A DNA stretch of 64,000 bases from a virus (Duplodnaviria > Caudoviricetes). The position numbers and the translations under genes were made by a program. The stretch is from positions 21,909-85,908 of the IMG/VR virus record IMGVR_UViG_2882178878_000003; one strand, given 5' to 3'. The notes beneath the pieces are model-generated. The model did no database searches, was not told the origin of the DNA, and saw only the letters and a list, made by a program, of their open reading frames with translations. Of this stretch, positions 17,235-25,658 are shown piece after piece (position 1 is the stretch's first letter; each line of letters starts with the position of its first letter).

Positions 17235-17275
17235 CCCCTGTAAGGCATGATTAATAAATACCACTTCTCAATAAT
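17235..17275 (+). promoter_or_regulatory. Late promoter motif copy 2
   Basis: CCCCTGTAAGG at 17235-17245; AATAAT at +25. Confidence 0.7.
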
Positions 17276-17316
17276 TAAGGTAAGCACTAACGCTTGCCTT
17301 TTTTATTGAGTGAAAC

Positions 17317-17733
17317 ATGAGCCAGTCTGAACAACAGATCGAGCAGGAAATCCAAGCCAAAGGCTTAAATGCACCACGTTTAACGCCTGCTGATATTGAC
17401 CGCGTGATTATTGGTGAACACTACTTCACTGCGGCACAAGGCACCGCAAAAGCCATGGAAGATGCTGCTTTTGTTAATGGGTCACTAAATGGCGCAGCAA
17501 TTTTACCAATACCTGCCACTTTGAATCTGCTCACATTCTGCGTACTAACTCTTGAAAACGGCTTTACCGTTACTGGTGAATCGGCATGTGCCAGTCCTGA
17601 AAACTTCAATGAAGAAATTGGCAAAAAGATTGCCTATGACAATGCCCGCGAAAAAATCTGGGTATTGGAAGGCTATTTGCTGAAACAGCGACTTTATGAT
17701 CAGGAACTTTGGCCTGCTTCATATCAGTATTGA
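17317..17733 (+). CDS. Phage Gp49/Gp66-family protein (candidate nucleotide-signal sponge)
   Basis: APRLTPADIDRVI...LTFCVLTLENGFTVTGESACASPENFNEEIGKKIAYDNAREKIWVLEGYLLK is the family signature. Confidence 0.8.
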   Translation: MSQSEQQIEQEIQAKGLNAPRLTPADIDRVIIGEHYFTAAQGTAKAMEDAAFVNGSLNGAAILPIPATLNLLTFCVLTLENGFTVTGESACASPENFNEEIGKKIAYDNAREKIWVLEGYLLKQRLYDQELWPASYQY

Positions 17734-17743
17734 GTAATACATA

Positions 17744-17926
17744 ATGGCCTGCCGTCCTGAGTGTTGCGCATGTCTGGAAGGGCTGACCCAAGACGGGTTG
17801 GCCCTGACCAATGCTGACTATGACAAGGCTATGGCCATTATTGAACAGCGCACGGATCTCACTGAAACCCAGCGGGAACAAATGCGCATTTATGTCTGGC
17901 ATTTATTTGATGCCCATAATATTTAA
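17744..17926 (+). CDS. Small hypothetical protein
   Basis: 60-aa ORF with C-x3-C-x2-C. Confidence 0.45.
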   Translation: MACRPECCACLEGLTQDGLALTNADYDKAMAIIEQRTDLTETQREQMRIYVWHLFDAHNI

Positions 17927-17942
17927 ATGAGAGTACGGTTAT

Positions 17943-18179
17943 ATGTTTAATCCACCTCATGTTGGTGAAGTGCTGCGGGAATATATTGATCAAACGCCGA
18001 TTGAGATTGTTGCCAAAGAATCTGGCTTATCTATAGCGCGTCTTTCTGATGTACTGGCTGGAAATACTGCTATTACGCCAGATGATGCTAATGGGCTGGC
18101 AAAAGCACTTAATACATCGTCACAGTTCTGGTTAGACCTGCAAGCACAATATGAAAGCAAGCAAAGTGCAGATCTGTAG
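17943..18179 (+). CDS. higA: HigA-family antitoxin-like HTH protein
   Basis: NPPHVGEVLREY...AITPDDANGLAKALNTSSQFWLDLQAQYE. Confidence 0.8.
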   Translation: MFNPPHVGEVLREYIDQTPIEIVAKESGLSIARLSDVLAGNTAITPDDANGLAKALNTSSQFWLDLQAQYESKQSADL

Positions 18180-18453
18180 ATCAGCCAAGCGATTGCAGGC
18201 CATTCGTACTTTACCTTGCGTACGTTGTGGCAATCCGGATAGTCAGGCAGCCCATAGTAATTTTGCGGAGCATGGTAAGGGCAAAGGTATAAAAGCCAGC
18301 GATGAGTTCACCATTCCCTTATGTATTACCTGTCACCAATGGTTTGACCAGTATCAGGGCATGACTGTGGATCAGAGCAGGACATGGTTTGTGGAAATGC
18401 TGGATAAGACCAATCGTATGTTGAGTGTTGGCGATGGCCACGAAGTATTCTAA
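18151..18453 (+). CDS. DUF968-like zinc/HNH-type protein
   Basis: LPCVRCG..SQAAHSN..GKGKGIKASDEFTIPLC..CH..FD. Confidence 0.75.
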   Translation: MKASKVQICRSAKRLQAIRTLPCVRCGNPDSQAAHSNFAEHGKGKGIKASDEFTIPLCITCHQWFDQYQGMTVDQSRTWFVEMLDKTNRMLSVGDGHEVF

Positions 18454-18931
18454 AAAAACATTTATTGTCAGGTCAGAGCAGCACTTAACCAGTGCTGTTG
18501 GCCATTTGCTGCAAAACTATCAGGCTGCTATTAATGATGATAAGCCGTTGCATGTGCATGTGACCACCAAGCAGGACAGTCGCAGTGTGGCACAGAACCG
18601 CTTGTACTGGATGTGGCTTGGCCAGATTGAAAAGGAAACCGGCAATGATAAAGATGATTTGCACTTTGAGTTTAAAAAGAAATTTCTGATTGCCATTTAT
18701 GAGCGAGATGACCAGCAGTATGCAGAGATGTGCCACGCCATCAAGGCACTCAGGCAAAGTCATTCAGAACAATATGCGGCGGTGGCAGCTGGTGTAATCC
18801 GGGAAACATCAACAACCCGGATGACGCCCAAGCAGTTCACAGAATATTTAAATTCCATCCATGACTATACGCTGGTGAGGTTAGGTATTCTGCTGGCCAT
18901 ACCGGATGAGTTACGGTTTGCTTTTGAATAA
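18425..18931 (+). CDS. ninB: NinB (Orf)-family recombination protein
   Basis: RSVAQNRLYWMWLGQI and STTRMTPKQFTEYLNSI motifs. Confidence 0.8.
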   Translation: MLAMATKYSKKTFIVRSEQHLTSAVGHLLQNYQAAINDDKPLHVHVTTKQDSRSVAQNRLYWMWLGQIEKETGNDKDDLHFEFKKKFLIAIYERDDQQYAEMCHAIKALRQSHSEQYAAVAAGVIRETSTTRMTPKQFTEYLNSIHDYTLVRLGILLAIPDELRFAFE

Positions 18932-19049
18932 AATATTTAAAATTCATATGATTGTATATACAGCAAGGCTTTGAAAGCACTGCTGGTGGCTGTAGAATTA
19001 TTGATGCAACATATGATTTGATAAATAATTAAACAGGAATCTAATAATC

Positions 19050-19460
19050 ATGCCACCAGAATCAATCCTCATAACAGTCGCTCCAGAAAATGACACCAAA
19101 ATTTTTAAATGGGAAATTACAGTATCGGAACTTGAGCATAAGTACGAGATTGCTCTATTTGGATTTTTCCCCAACACCCCATTACAGCCAGATCCAATCA
19201 ACCTTAATAAATTTATTACCTCAAGAATTGAGCATGACTATAAGGAGGCTAGTTATCCAGAGTACAGAGGTACTATTCATGAGTGTCACACAATTATCTG
19301 CCGGAAAAATGCCAAGCTTTTACACCAGTTGGTTCTTGAAATTGTTGATTATATTCACTCAAAAGTTGGTGACTTCAAATCCATAGCTTATCAAGGCACT
19401 AATCATTACTTGAATTTTGATACGCTCAAGGTCAAGTTTCCTGATATTGAACGCAAATAA
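19050..19460 (+). CDS. AT-rich hypothetical protein (moron-like)
   Basis: 136-aa ORF with AT-rich upstream region and its own downstream terminator. Confidence 0.6.
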   Translation: MPPESILITVAPENDTKIFKWEITVSELEHKYEIALFGFFPNTPLQPDPINLNKFITSRIEHDYKEASYPEYRGTIHECHTIICRKNAKLLHQLVLEIVDYIHSKVGDFKSIAYQGTNHYLNFDTLKVKFPDIERK

Positions 19461-19463
19461 TCG

Positions 19464-19485
19464 GCGGCCTTCGGGCTGCTTTTTT
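19464..19485 (+). terminator. Intrinsic terminator
   Basis: GCGGCC-TTCG-GGCTGC-TTTTTT. Confidence 0.8.
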
Positions 19486-19489
19486 ATTA

Positions 19490-19530
19490 CCCCTGTAGGG
19501 TTTTACTATAAATGACGAATGACTAATTAT
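19490..19530 (+). promoter_or_regulatory. Late promoter motif copy 3
   Basis: CCCCTGTAGGG at 19490-19500; AATTAT at +25. Confidence 0.65.
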
Positions 19531-19558
19531 CAGCTTTTATCAATTTAGGTATAAAGCT

Positions 19559-20083
19559 ATGGTGGACAGTCTGGTTGCAATGAAATCGTGTGCCTCATGC
19601 AAGACACAGAAGCCATTAAGCGACTTTAGAGTGGTATCAAGTGACTATAAGCATAAATCAGGTGAAGTTGCATACTATAAAAATGCATACTCTTATTGCT
19701 CGGTATGCCACAGAGCGATAGCAAACAAGCTATACAGTGAGGCTGCTGAGCGTCTTATACAATACAGAGGTATTGACCGTTTTTTAGTGGATATGCAGCA
19801 GGCATTAAAGTCCAGAAACATGAGCCTGTATAAGTTTACCGAAATAATGGGCTTCAATAAAAAAGTAATTTATGCATGGGTTAGGGGTGAAAAAACACCA
19901 TCAAAGCCATTGCAGCGCAAAGTCTGCGATTATCTTGACCTATCATATAATGCATTGGCTTTATCCCCTAACGATGATGGTGTATACCCACGTGGCATCC
20001 GAGTTTGCAAAGCTTGCAATAATGAGTTTGCGGTATTCAAGAATCAAAATGAATGCAAAAGCTTCTGCAATGATTGCACTTAA
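19559..20083 (+). CDS. Zn-finger / XRE-HTH / Zn-finger protein
   Basis: CASC..CSVC, central HTH (LYKFTEIMGFNKKVIYAWVRGEKTP), then CKAC..CNDC. Confidence 0.65.
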   Translation: MVDSLVAMKSCASCKTQKPLSDFRVVSSDYKHKSGEVAYYKNAYSYCSVCHRAIANKLYSEAAERLIQYRGIDRFLVDMQQALKSRNMSLYKFTEIMGFNKKVIYAWVRGEKTPSKPLQRKVCDYLDLSYNALALSPNDDGVYPRGIRVCKACNNEFAVFKNQNECKSFCNDCT

Positions 20084-20094
20084 TTCTATCGCTC

Positions 20095-20135
20095 CCCCTG
20101 TAGGGTTTCTCCAGAGTTGAATTGCCCGACAAACT
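20095..20135 (+). promoter_or_regulatory. Late promoter motif copy 4
   Basis: CCCCTGTAGGG at 20095-20105; CAAACT at +25. Confidence 0.7.
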
Positions 20136-20173
20136 CGCTTCACTTTAAACCTTCCATTTATCTGGAGCGAGTG

Positions 20174-20719
20174 ATGTCCGTTATTAAACCAACCGTTGGC
20201 CGTGTAGTCCTACTTACGATTTCAGCAGGGTATGCAATTAAAAACCATCTTGCCTGTTCTGACCCCAGTCAGCCATTAGCAGCGCAAATTGCCTATGTTC
20301 ATAATGACCGCTTGGTTAATTTGACCGCATGGGATCACAATGGTAAGCAGTTTGGTGTTACCAGTGTTCGTTTACTGCAAGATGATGAGGTTGCTCCAGA
20401 ATTGACTGGTTCCTCATTTTATTGTGAGTGGATGCCATACCAGAAAGGGCAGGCTGCCAAGACTGAAGCCGCTGAAGAACTATTGAAAACTAATCAAGCT
20501 GCAACAGTGACTCCCGATCCATCTGTTCGTCTGGTATTGCCTTATGGCACGCCTATAAAAATTAATGGCATTCCACTAGCGCTTGATCATGAGGTGATGG
20601 TTACGACCCATCCAGCTAATGTGCCGTTAATTTTTCAAAAGGGTGATGAGCCAGTAGTTGGCAGTAGCGACTTGGTCGGTGCTTCAAGTGCAAGCGCAGA
20701 ATCCTACTACACCAAATAA
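20174..20719 (+). CDS. Conserved-looking phage hypothetical protein
   Basis: IKPTVGRVV...QPLAAQIAYVH...VNL...TSVRLL...CEWMPYQ; GGAG RBS before the ATG at 20174. Confidence 0.65.
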   Translation: MSVIKPTVGRVVLLTISAGYAIKNHLACSDPSQPLAAQIAYVHNDRLVNLTAWDHNGKQFGVTSVRLLQDDEVAPELTGSSFYCEWMPYQKGQAAKTEAAEELLKTNQAATVTPDPSVRLVLPYGTPIKINGIPLALDHEVMVTTHPANVPLIFQKGDEPVVGSSDLVGASSASAESYYTK

Positions 20720-20741
20720 AAGATCATGCCTTGTTCTCAAA

Positions 20742-20766
20742 AGCCTGCCATTCGGTGGGCTTTTTT
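20742..20766 (+). terminator. Intrinsic terminator
   Basis: AGCCTGCC-ATTC-GGTGGGCT followed by a T-run. Confidence 0.7.
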
Positions 20767-20785
20767 GTACCCAAAATTCCTATAC

Positions 20786-20827
20786 CCCCTGTAGGGCATG
20801 ACTCACCTTGCACATCCTTGACAAACT
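20786..20827 (+). promoter_or_regulatory. Late promoter motif copy 5 (scaffold/capsid)
   Basis: CCCCTGTAGGG at 20786-20796; ATGACT at +2; CAAACT at +26. Confidence 0.75.
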
Positions 20828-20900
20828 CAGCAGCACATGGCGCGGAGTAATCCGCATTGCAAACCCTATGGCGGCTACGGCGATATGTAGCAAGGTAAGC

Positions 20901-21881
20901 ATGACTATCACAGATCAACAATCCGAGTTTATCCAGTCGCACGATGGCGATTTAACACCTGAACAGGCAGCCGCATTATTAGATATGGCTGACGGCGATA
21001 CCGCAACTGCGGAAACTGGTAGCACGCCGGACGCTACCCCTGAACCAGACGTTACGCCACAACCCAAGCCAGCAGAACAAGTAGCTGAGCCTGATCCAGA
21101 CAACTCGGTCATTTTGGCAAAGGATGGCAAACACACCATTCCTTTTGAAAAATTGACGGAAGCGCGAAATGCTGAAAAGCACTGGAAGCAGCAGTATGAA
21201 GCCATGCAACAACAAATGGCCGACTTACAAGCGCAGGCACAGTTACGTGCTGATGCAGGTATTGCTCCAACGGTTACGGATAACCAGGTGGCAGCAGCAG
21301 AAGCGGCGATTGCAAACGGCGTAGATCCACAAATCTTTGGTGATTTTTCCGAAGAAGCGCTGGCCAAAGGCATTCAGCAGTTGATTGATCAGCAAGTCAA
21401 GGCACAGGTGGAAGCGCATTTAAGCAGTGCGTTAAAGCCCATACAGGACAAGCAGGCCCTTGATGCAGTGCAGGCACACTATCAGGCAATTTATGAAAAG
21501 CATCCCGATGCTGATTCAATTGCTGAATCTAGTGAGCTGGACAACTGGATTAAATCCCAGCCGTCCTTTGTGCAAGCTGCAACGGTGGATGTACTGCAAA
21601 ACGGTTCAGCTCAGCAGATCGTTGAGTTATTTGACCGATTCAAGCAGGACACTGGAAAAACTCAGGTTGCTGATAGTGATATTAAAGCCAAAGCACAAGC
21701 GGCCATTGCAAATACTGCCCCACAGCCACCTGCCAGCCTGTCCGACTTTCCGGCAGGTCGCCCCGGTGCTGCCGCAACCCAGCAGGAAGCAATGGCCGCA
21801 ATGGATTCTCAATCCCTACTGGATCACATGCAAGGCATGAGTCCAGAACAGATTGAGCAGTTTTTGAATCGGCGCATCTAA
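20901..21881 (+). CDS. Capsid scaffolding protein (probable)
   Basis: Acidic, Gln/Ala-rich and helical; lies immediately upstream of the major capsid gene. Confidence 0.75.
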   Translation: MTITDQQSEFIQSHDGDLTPEQAAALLDMADGDTATAETGSTPDATPEPDVTPQPKPAEQVAEPDPDNSVILAKDGKHTIPFEKLTEARNAEKHWKQQYEAMQQQMADLQAQAQLRADAGIAPTVTDNQVAAAEAAIANGVDPQIFGDFSEEALAKGIQQLIDQQVKAQVEAHLSSALKPIQDKQALDAVQAHYQAIYEKHPDADSIAESSELDNWIKSQPSFVQAATVDVLQNGSAQQIVELFDRFKQDTGKTQVADSDIKAKAQAAIANTAPQPPASLSDFPAGRPGAAATQQEAMAAMDSQSLLDHMQGMSPEQIEQFLNRRI

Positions 21882-21908
21882 TAACGCCATAAGGATTTGA
21901 GGTTTACC

Positions 21909-23195
21909 ATGACAACCAAAACCAATTCCTCTTACGGGGATAAAACCAATATGACGCAACAGGCAGTTGGCCTGTTTGCAACTCACATGCAACGCAACAG
22001 CACCATGAACCGTCTGGTCGGCAAGATGCCCAAAGGCGAAGCTGGCGCTGAAGCAACCCTGCGCAAGCAAACCACCCAGCACATGCCAATTGTGCGCTGT
22101 CAGGATCTGGGCAAGAAAATGGGCGATGAGGTGACGTTTCACCTGCTAAACCCTGTGAACGCCAAACCCATCATGGGCAGCCACAATGCTGAAGGCCGTG
22201 GCGTTGGCATGAACCTGTCCGAAGACCGTCTGCGTGTAGATCAGGCGCGTTTCCCGGTTGACCTCGGCAATGCCATGACTGACGTGCGTTCGCCCGTGGA
22301 TTTCCGCCGTCTGGGTCGCCCGGTTGCGCAAAATCTGATGGACCGCTATTGCGACCAGTCCATGCTGGTGCATATGTGCGGTGCACGTGGCTTCCAGAAC
22401 AATATTGAATGGGTCGTGCCAACCGAAAATGATGCTGATTTCTCAGAAATCATGGTCAACCCGGTTAAGGCGCCAACCAAGAACCGTCACTATCTGGCCG
22501 ATGGCACAGGTGTCCAGTTGTTTAAGGAAAATGCGGGTGAAGTGGATATTACCTCTACTGACCTGTTCAAGATGGACACCGTGGATTCCATGCGCTCCGT
22601 GCTTGACCAGATTGCATTGCCACCACCAGTGATCAAGCTGGAAGGCGATGCGGCAGCTGACGATGATCCGCTGCGGGTCTGGATGGTATCACCAGCCCAG
22701 TACAACAAGTTTGCTGCCGATCCGTCTTTCCGTACCTTGCAGGCCTCTGCACTGGCACGTGCCAATCAGGCGAAAGGACATCCATTATTCTTAGGTAGCG
22801 TAGGCCTGTGGAATGGCTTCCTGATTATGAAGATGCCACGCCCAATCCGCTTTTATGCTGGCAATACCATGAAGTACTGCGCTTCATACAGCAGCGAAGC
22901 TGAATCATCCGTGCTGGTTCCAGCAAGCTTTGGCACTCAGTTTGCCATTGACCGCTCAGTGATTCTGGGTGGACAGGCACTGGCCGAAGCCTTCGCGTCA
23001 GCACGTCAGTCCGGCATTCCATTCTTCTGGTCTGAAAAAGAGCTGGATCATGGTGATAAAGCCGAGCTGCTGATCGGTGCTATTCGCGGTGTTTCCAAAA
23101 TCCGCTTTGAAGTGGATGGCGGCAATGGCAAGGAATTCACCGATTATGGCGTGACAGTGGTTGATACCGTGGTTGATAACCTGGCTGGAACTTAA
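21909..23195 (+). CDS. Major capsid protein, N4-gp56 (DUF4043-like) family
   Basis: PIVRCQDLGKKMGDEVTFHL..P......GVGMNL, LARANQAKGHPLFLGSVGLWNG and DYGVTVVDT motifs. Confidence 0.85.
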   Translation: MTTKTNSSYGDKTNMTQQAVGLFATHMQRNSTMNRLVGKMPKGEAGAEATLRKQTTQHMPIVRCQDLGKKMGDEVTFHLLNPVNAKPIMGSHNAEGRGVGMNLSEDRLRVDQARFPVDLGNAMTDVRSPVDFRRLGRPVAQNLMDRYCDQSMLVHMCGARGFQNNIEWVVPTENDADFSEIMVNPVKAPTKNRHYLADGTGVQLFKENAGEVDITSTDLFKMDTVDSMRSVLDQIALPPPVIKLEGDAAADDDPLRVWMVSPAQYNKFAADPSFRTLQASALARANQAKGHPLFLGSVGLWNGFLIMKMPRPIRFYAGNTMKYCASYSSEAESSVLVPASFGTQFAIDRSVILGGQALAEAFASARQSGIPFFWSEKELDHGDKAELLIGAIRGVSKIRFEVDGGNGKEFTDYGVTVVDTVVDNLAGT

Positions 23196-23257
23196 TTGTT
23201 CGTTCGGGCTGCTAACCCCGGCCCGTTCCATTCATTTGTAATTAAGGAGGCCATGAG

Positions 23258-23731
23258 ATGGCTACAGTAACTAAAAACCAGTTTCGCGCCCATCAATATG
23301 GTGCGACTCCCTACGGCAATATGTCCTCACTGGCATATTCATTAAAAACCGATGCCACTGGCAAGCCACTTGAAAGTGATGCCACTGCGGCATTAGCAGT
23401 TGGTGATGTGGTGGATTTGGGTCTACTGCAAGAAGGCTGGCGCCTGGAAGATGCCAGTATTTTCATTACCACGGCAATGACTGCCTCGGTGACCGGTTCA
23501 CTGGGCTTTAAGTATGAAGATGGCGTGGATGATACCAAGGTTCCTCAGGATGCTGCCTATTTCATTTCAGGTGGAAGTCTGGCTGCCGCTGGGCGCTTGC
23601 GTGCCAATACCGGCAAGCTGGTAACCCTGCCTAAGCCTGCGCGCCTGATCCTGACCATTGCTGGTGCCACAAATGCCAAAGCCAGTGACATCAAGGTGGT
23701 GGTACAGGGCGAGATGAAAGGGCCGCGCTAA
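23258..23731 (+). CDS. Capsid decoration/cement protein (probable)
   Basis: 157 aa, beta-rich, directly after the capsid gene and followed by a terminator-like hairpin. Confidence 0.55.
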   Translation: MATVTKNQFRAHQYGATPYGNMSSLAYSLKTDATGKPLESDATAALAVGDVVDLGLLQEGWRLEDASIFITTAMTASVTGSLGFKYEDGVDDTKVPQDAAYFISGGSLAAAGRLRANTGKLVTLPKPARLILTIAGATNAKASDIKVVVQGEMKGPR

Positions 23732-23804
23732 TTTGGTTTGTGCGTTCGGGCAGGCGGGCTATCTCGGCCTGCCCATTTTTTTAAGTATTTGGAGAACAGA
23801 ACAA

Positions 23805-24680
23805 ATGAAACGCGGATTAATTGCAGCAGTTGCCTATGGGATTTTAGGGGCTTACAGCTTCTCTGTAAGTGCAGTAACAGAACCAGCGTGGGATAGTTTA
23901 ACGGATCAGGAAAAACAGCCCACTCTAGCGCGGGTCGATATGCTGCTGGCCAATCCGGATAGCACACCCGAGCAACTGCATACCTCATGGCTGGAGAAAA
24001 AGCTGGCGGATGGCTGGACTACAGGCAGCCCGTTTGATGCTCAAAAAAAGCAGCATCCATTGTGTGTGCCTTATAGTGATTTACCTCAGGAAGAAAAAAC
24101 CAAGGATTACTTGCTCTACGCTGTGGTGCAATCCTTAAAAGATTTGCCGGATGCGGAAGAAGCTGCGCTGGAAGCCGTCACCACTTATCAAAAACAGCTT
24201 GCAAGTGTGGCACAGGAAAAGGGCGCAGGTGCCAAGCAAGATCCTGCGATGGCCAGTGCCATTGCGGTTAAATATATTGGCCGCCGCCCGGACTGGCGCG
24301 ACTCCCTGTATAACACTGGCCTGTATTTCACCAGCGGTCAAACCCGTCAACTTCCAGCGGCCATTGCCCGCAAGTTGCTCAAGCATGCTGACCTGTTTAC
24401 TGAAGGTGAGCAGGACGAAGGCATTGTGATTGCTGATACCACAACGAGCACGGATGATACCGGCAAGCTGCTCGATGAGGCGGCCAAACAGTTGCAGGAA
24501 AAAACCCGCCAGCAAGAACAGATACAGGACGTGATTGACCGGCTGGGCCAAATGGATAAGGACCAGCTGGCTGATTATGCCTATGTCAACTATCAGCAAA
24601 AAGTACCCAAAACCTTGAGTGTTGAAAACATGAAAGAACGGGTCATTCAACTTGTGAATCAGTTTGGTATCGTCCCATGA
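23805..24680 (+). CDS. RyR-domain-containing protein
   Basis: H.SW...K.ADGW..G...D...K.HP..VPY..LP.EEK.KD is the RyR repeat signature; small helical C-terminal domain; GGAG RBS before the ATG at 23805. Confidence 0.7.
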   Translation: MKRGLIAAVAYGILGAYSFSVSAVTEPAWDSLTDQEKQPTLARVDMLLANPDSTPEQLHTSWLEKKLADGWTTGSPFDAQKKQHPLCVPYSDLPQEEKTKDYLLYAVVQSLKDLPDAEEAALEAVTTYQKQLASVAQEKGAGAKQDPAMASAIAVKYIGRRPDWRDSLYNTGLYFTSGQTRQLPAAIARKLLKHADLFTEGEQDEGIVIADTTTSTDDTGKLLDEAAKQLQEKTRQQEQIQDVIDRLGQMDKDQLADYAYVNYQQKVPKTLSVENMKERVIQLVNQFGIVP

Positions 24681-25345
24681 ACCTTAAAGATTTAATCAGC
24701 AGTTTCCGCGTGGATGCGGACGACAAAGTAGAGCCCTACTTTTGGACGGATGAGGATGTCACGCGCTGGTTAAATGAGGCCGTGGCAGAGGCGGCCATTC
24801 GTGGTCGCCTGATCCATGAAAGCAGCAATGCCGTTATGTGCTGCATTGCTGTTATCGCTGGCCAGTCGGTTTATCCGATCCATAGCGCCATGATTGAGCT
24901 GGACTATGTGGCATTTATGCCAACTGGTGTAAACCATGGCAATCCGATTTACCTGACCTCTCAGGAAAACCTGAACGAGGTGATGCCACGCTGGCGCACC
25001 GAAACTGGTGATCCCCGCTTTGCCATCCAGTCTGATAAAACCTTGCGTCTGGCGCCAACACCGGTACGCACTGGGGTAATAGCACTGGAAGGTTATCGCT
25101 TGCCGAAATCTGATATGGCAGACCCGGAAGATTCACCGGAAATTAACGCAGCGCATCATCGCCATCTGGTGCAATGGGCATTGGCTCGCGCATTCAAGGT
25201 GCCAGATACCGAGGTCTTTGATCCCAATCGGGCAGCAATCGCTGAGTCTGAATTTACTAAATATTTTGGTGAGCGCCCAGACGCAGATTTAAGGCGGCAA
25301 ACACGGGAAGATTTTCCCCACCACGTACTACCGTTTTGGCCATAG
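24677..25345 (+). CDS. Head-tail adaptor/connector (probable)
   Basis: FRVDADD..EPYFWTD.DV.RWLNEA and PEI...HH..LV.WAL.RAF...D.E motifs; gene position. Confidence 0.6.
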   Translation: MNLKDLISSFRVDADDKVEPYFWTDEDVTRWLNEAVAEAAIRGRLIHESSNAVMCCIAVIAGQSVYPIHSAMIELDYVAFMPTGVNHGNPIYLTSQENLNEVMPRWRTETGDPRFAIQSDKTLRLAPTPVRTGVIALEGYRLPKSDMADPEDSPEINAAHHRHLVQWALARAFKVPDTEVFDPNRAAIAESEFTKYFGERPDADLRRQTREDFPHHVLPFWP

Positions 25346-25391
25346 GTGAATCATGCCTGCAAAAATTAAATTGAATATAGCTATTGTGCTC

Positions 25392-25433
25392 CCCCTGTAG
25401 GGTATGACTCTGCAATCCCATAGCCAGCATAAT
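25392..25433 (+). promoter_or_regulatory. Late promoter motif copy 6 (tail operon)
   Basis: CCCCTGTAGGG at 25392-25402; ATGACT at +2; CATAAT at +26. Confidence 0.78.
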
Positions 25434-25463
25434 TTTTCAATCAATTGCTTTATAGACTGCAAC

Positions 25464-25658
25464 ATGAGCAAGTCAATTCACGACCTTAAACTTGGGCAGG
25501 TACTCACCATTGGTGATGTTACTGTTCGGCTTGAGAAAAAATCAGGACAACTGGCAAGGTTGGCTATAGAAGCGCCATCAACCACACCAGTCAAACTATC
25601 CAAAGAAACCAATGCGCATGAGTGCATTCCGATAAAAGAGGAATTAACTCATGGCTAA
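25464..25658 (+). CDS. CsrA-fold-like small protein
   Basis: DLKLGQVLTIGDVTVRLEKKSGQLARLAIEAP parallels the CsrA pattern (RxGExLxIGDxVxVxVLxxxGxQVRxGxxAP); lacks the HREE tail. Confidence 0.45.
   Translation: MSKSIHDLKLGQVLTIGDVTVRLEKKSGQLARLAIEAPSTTPVKLSKETNAHECIPIKEELTHG

Noticed and set aside
17744-17926. HigB toxin upstream of higA
   Set aside because: Too short, acidic and Cys-containing, with no RelE-fold features.
18948-18963. SOS box-like ATG-ATTGTATATA-CAG
   Set aside because: It mismatches the invariant CTG, lies in AT-rich context, and the probable host family may lack canonical LexA.
25404-25463. ORF-track start of the CsrA-like gene (and similar long starts at 4377, 20117, 20808, 23733)
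   Set aside because: These extensions run through promoter motifs or terminators; downstream ATGs fit better.
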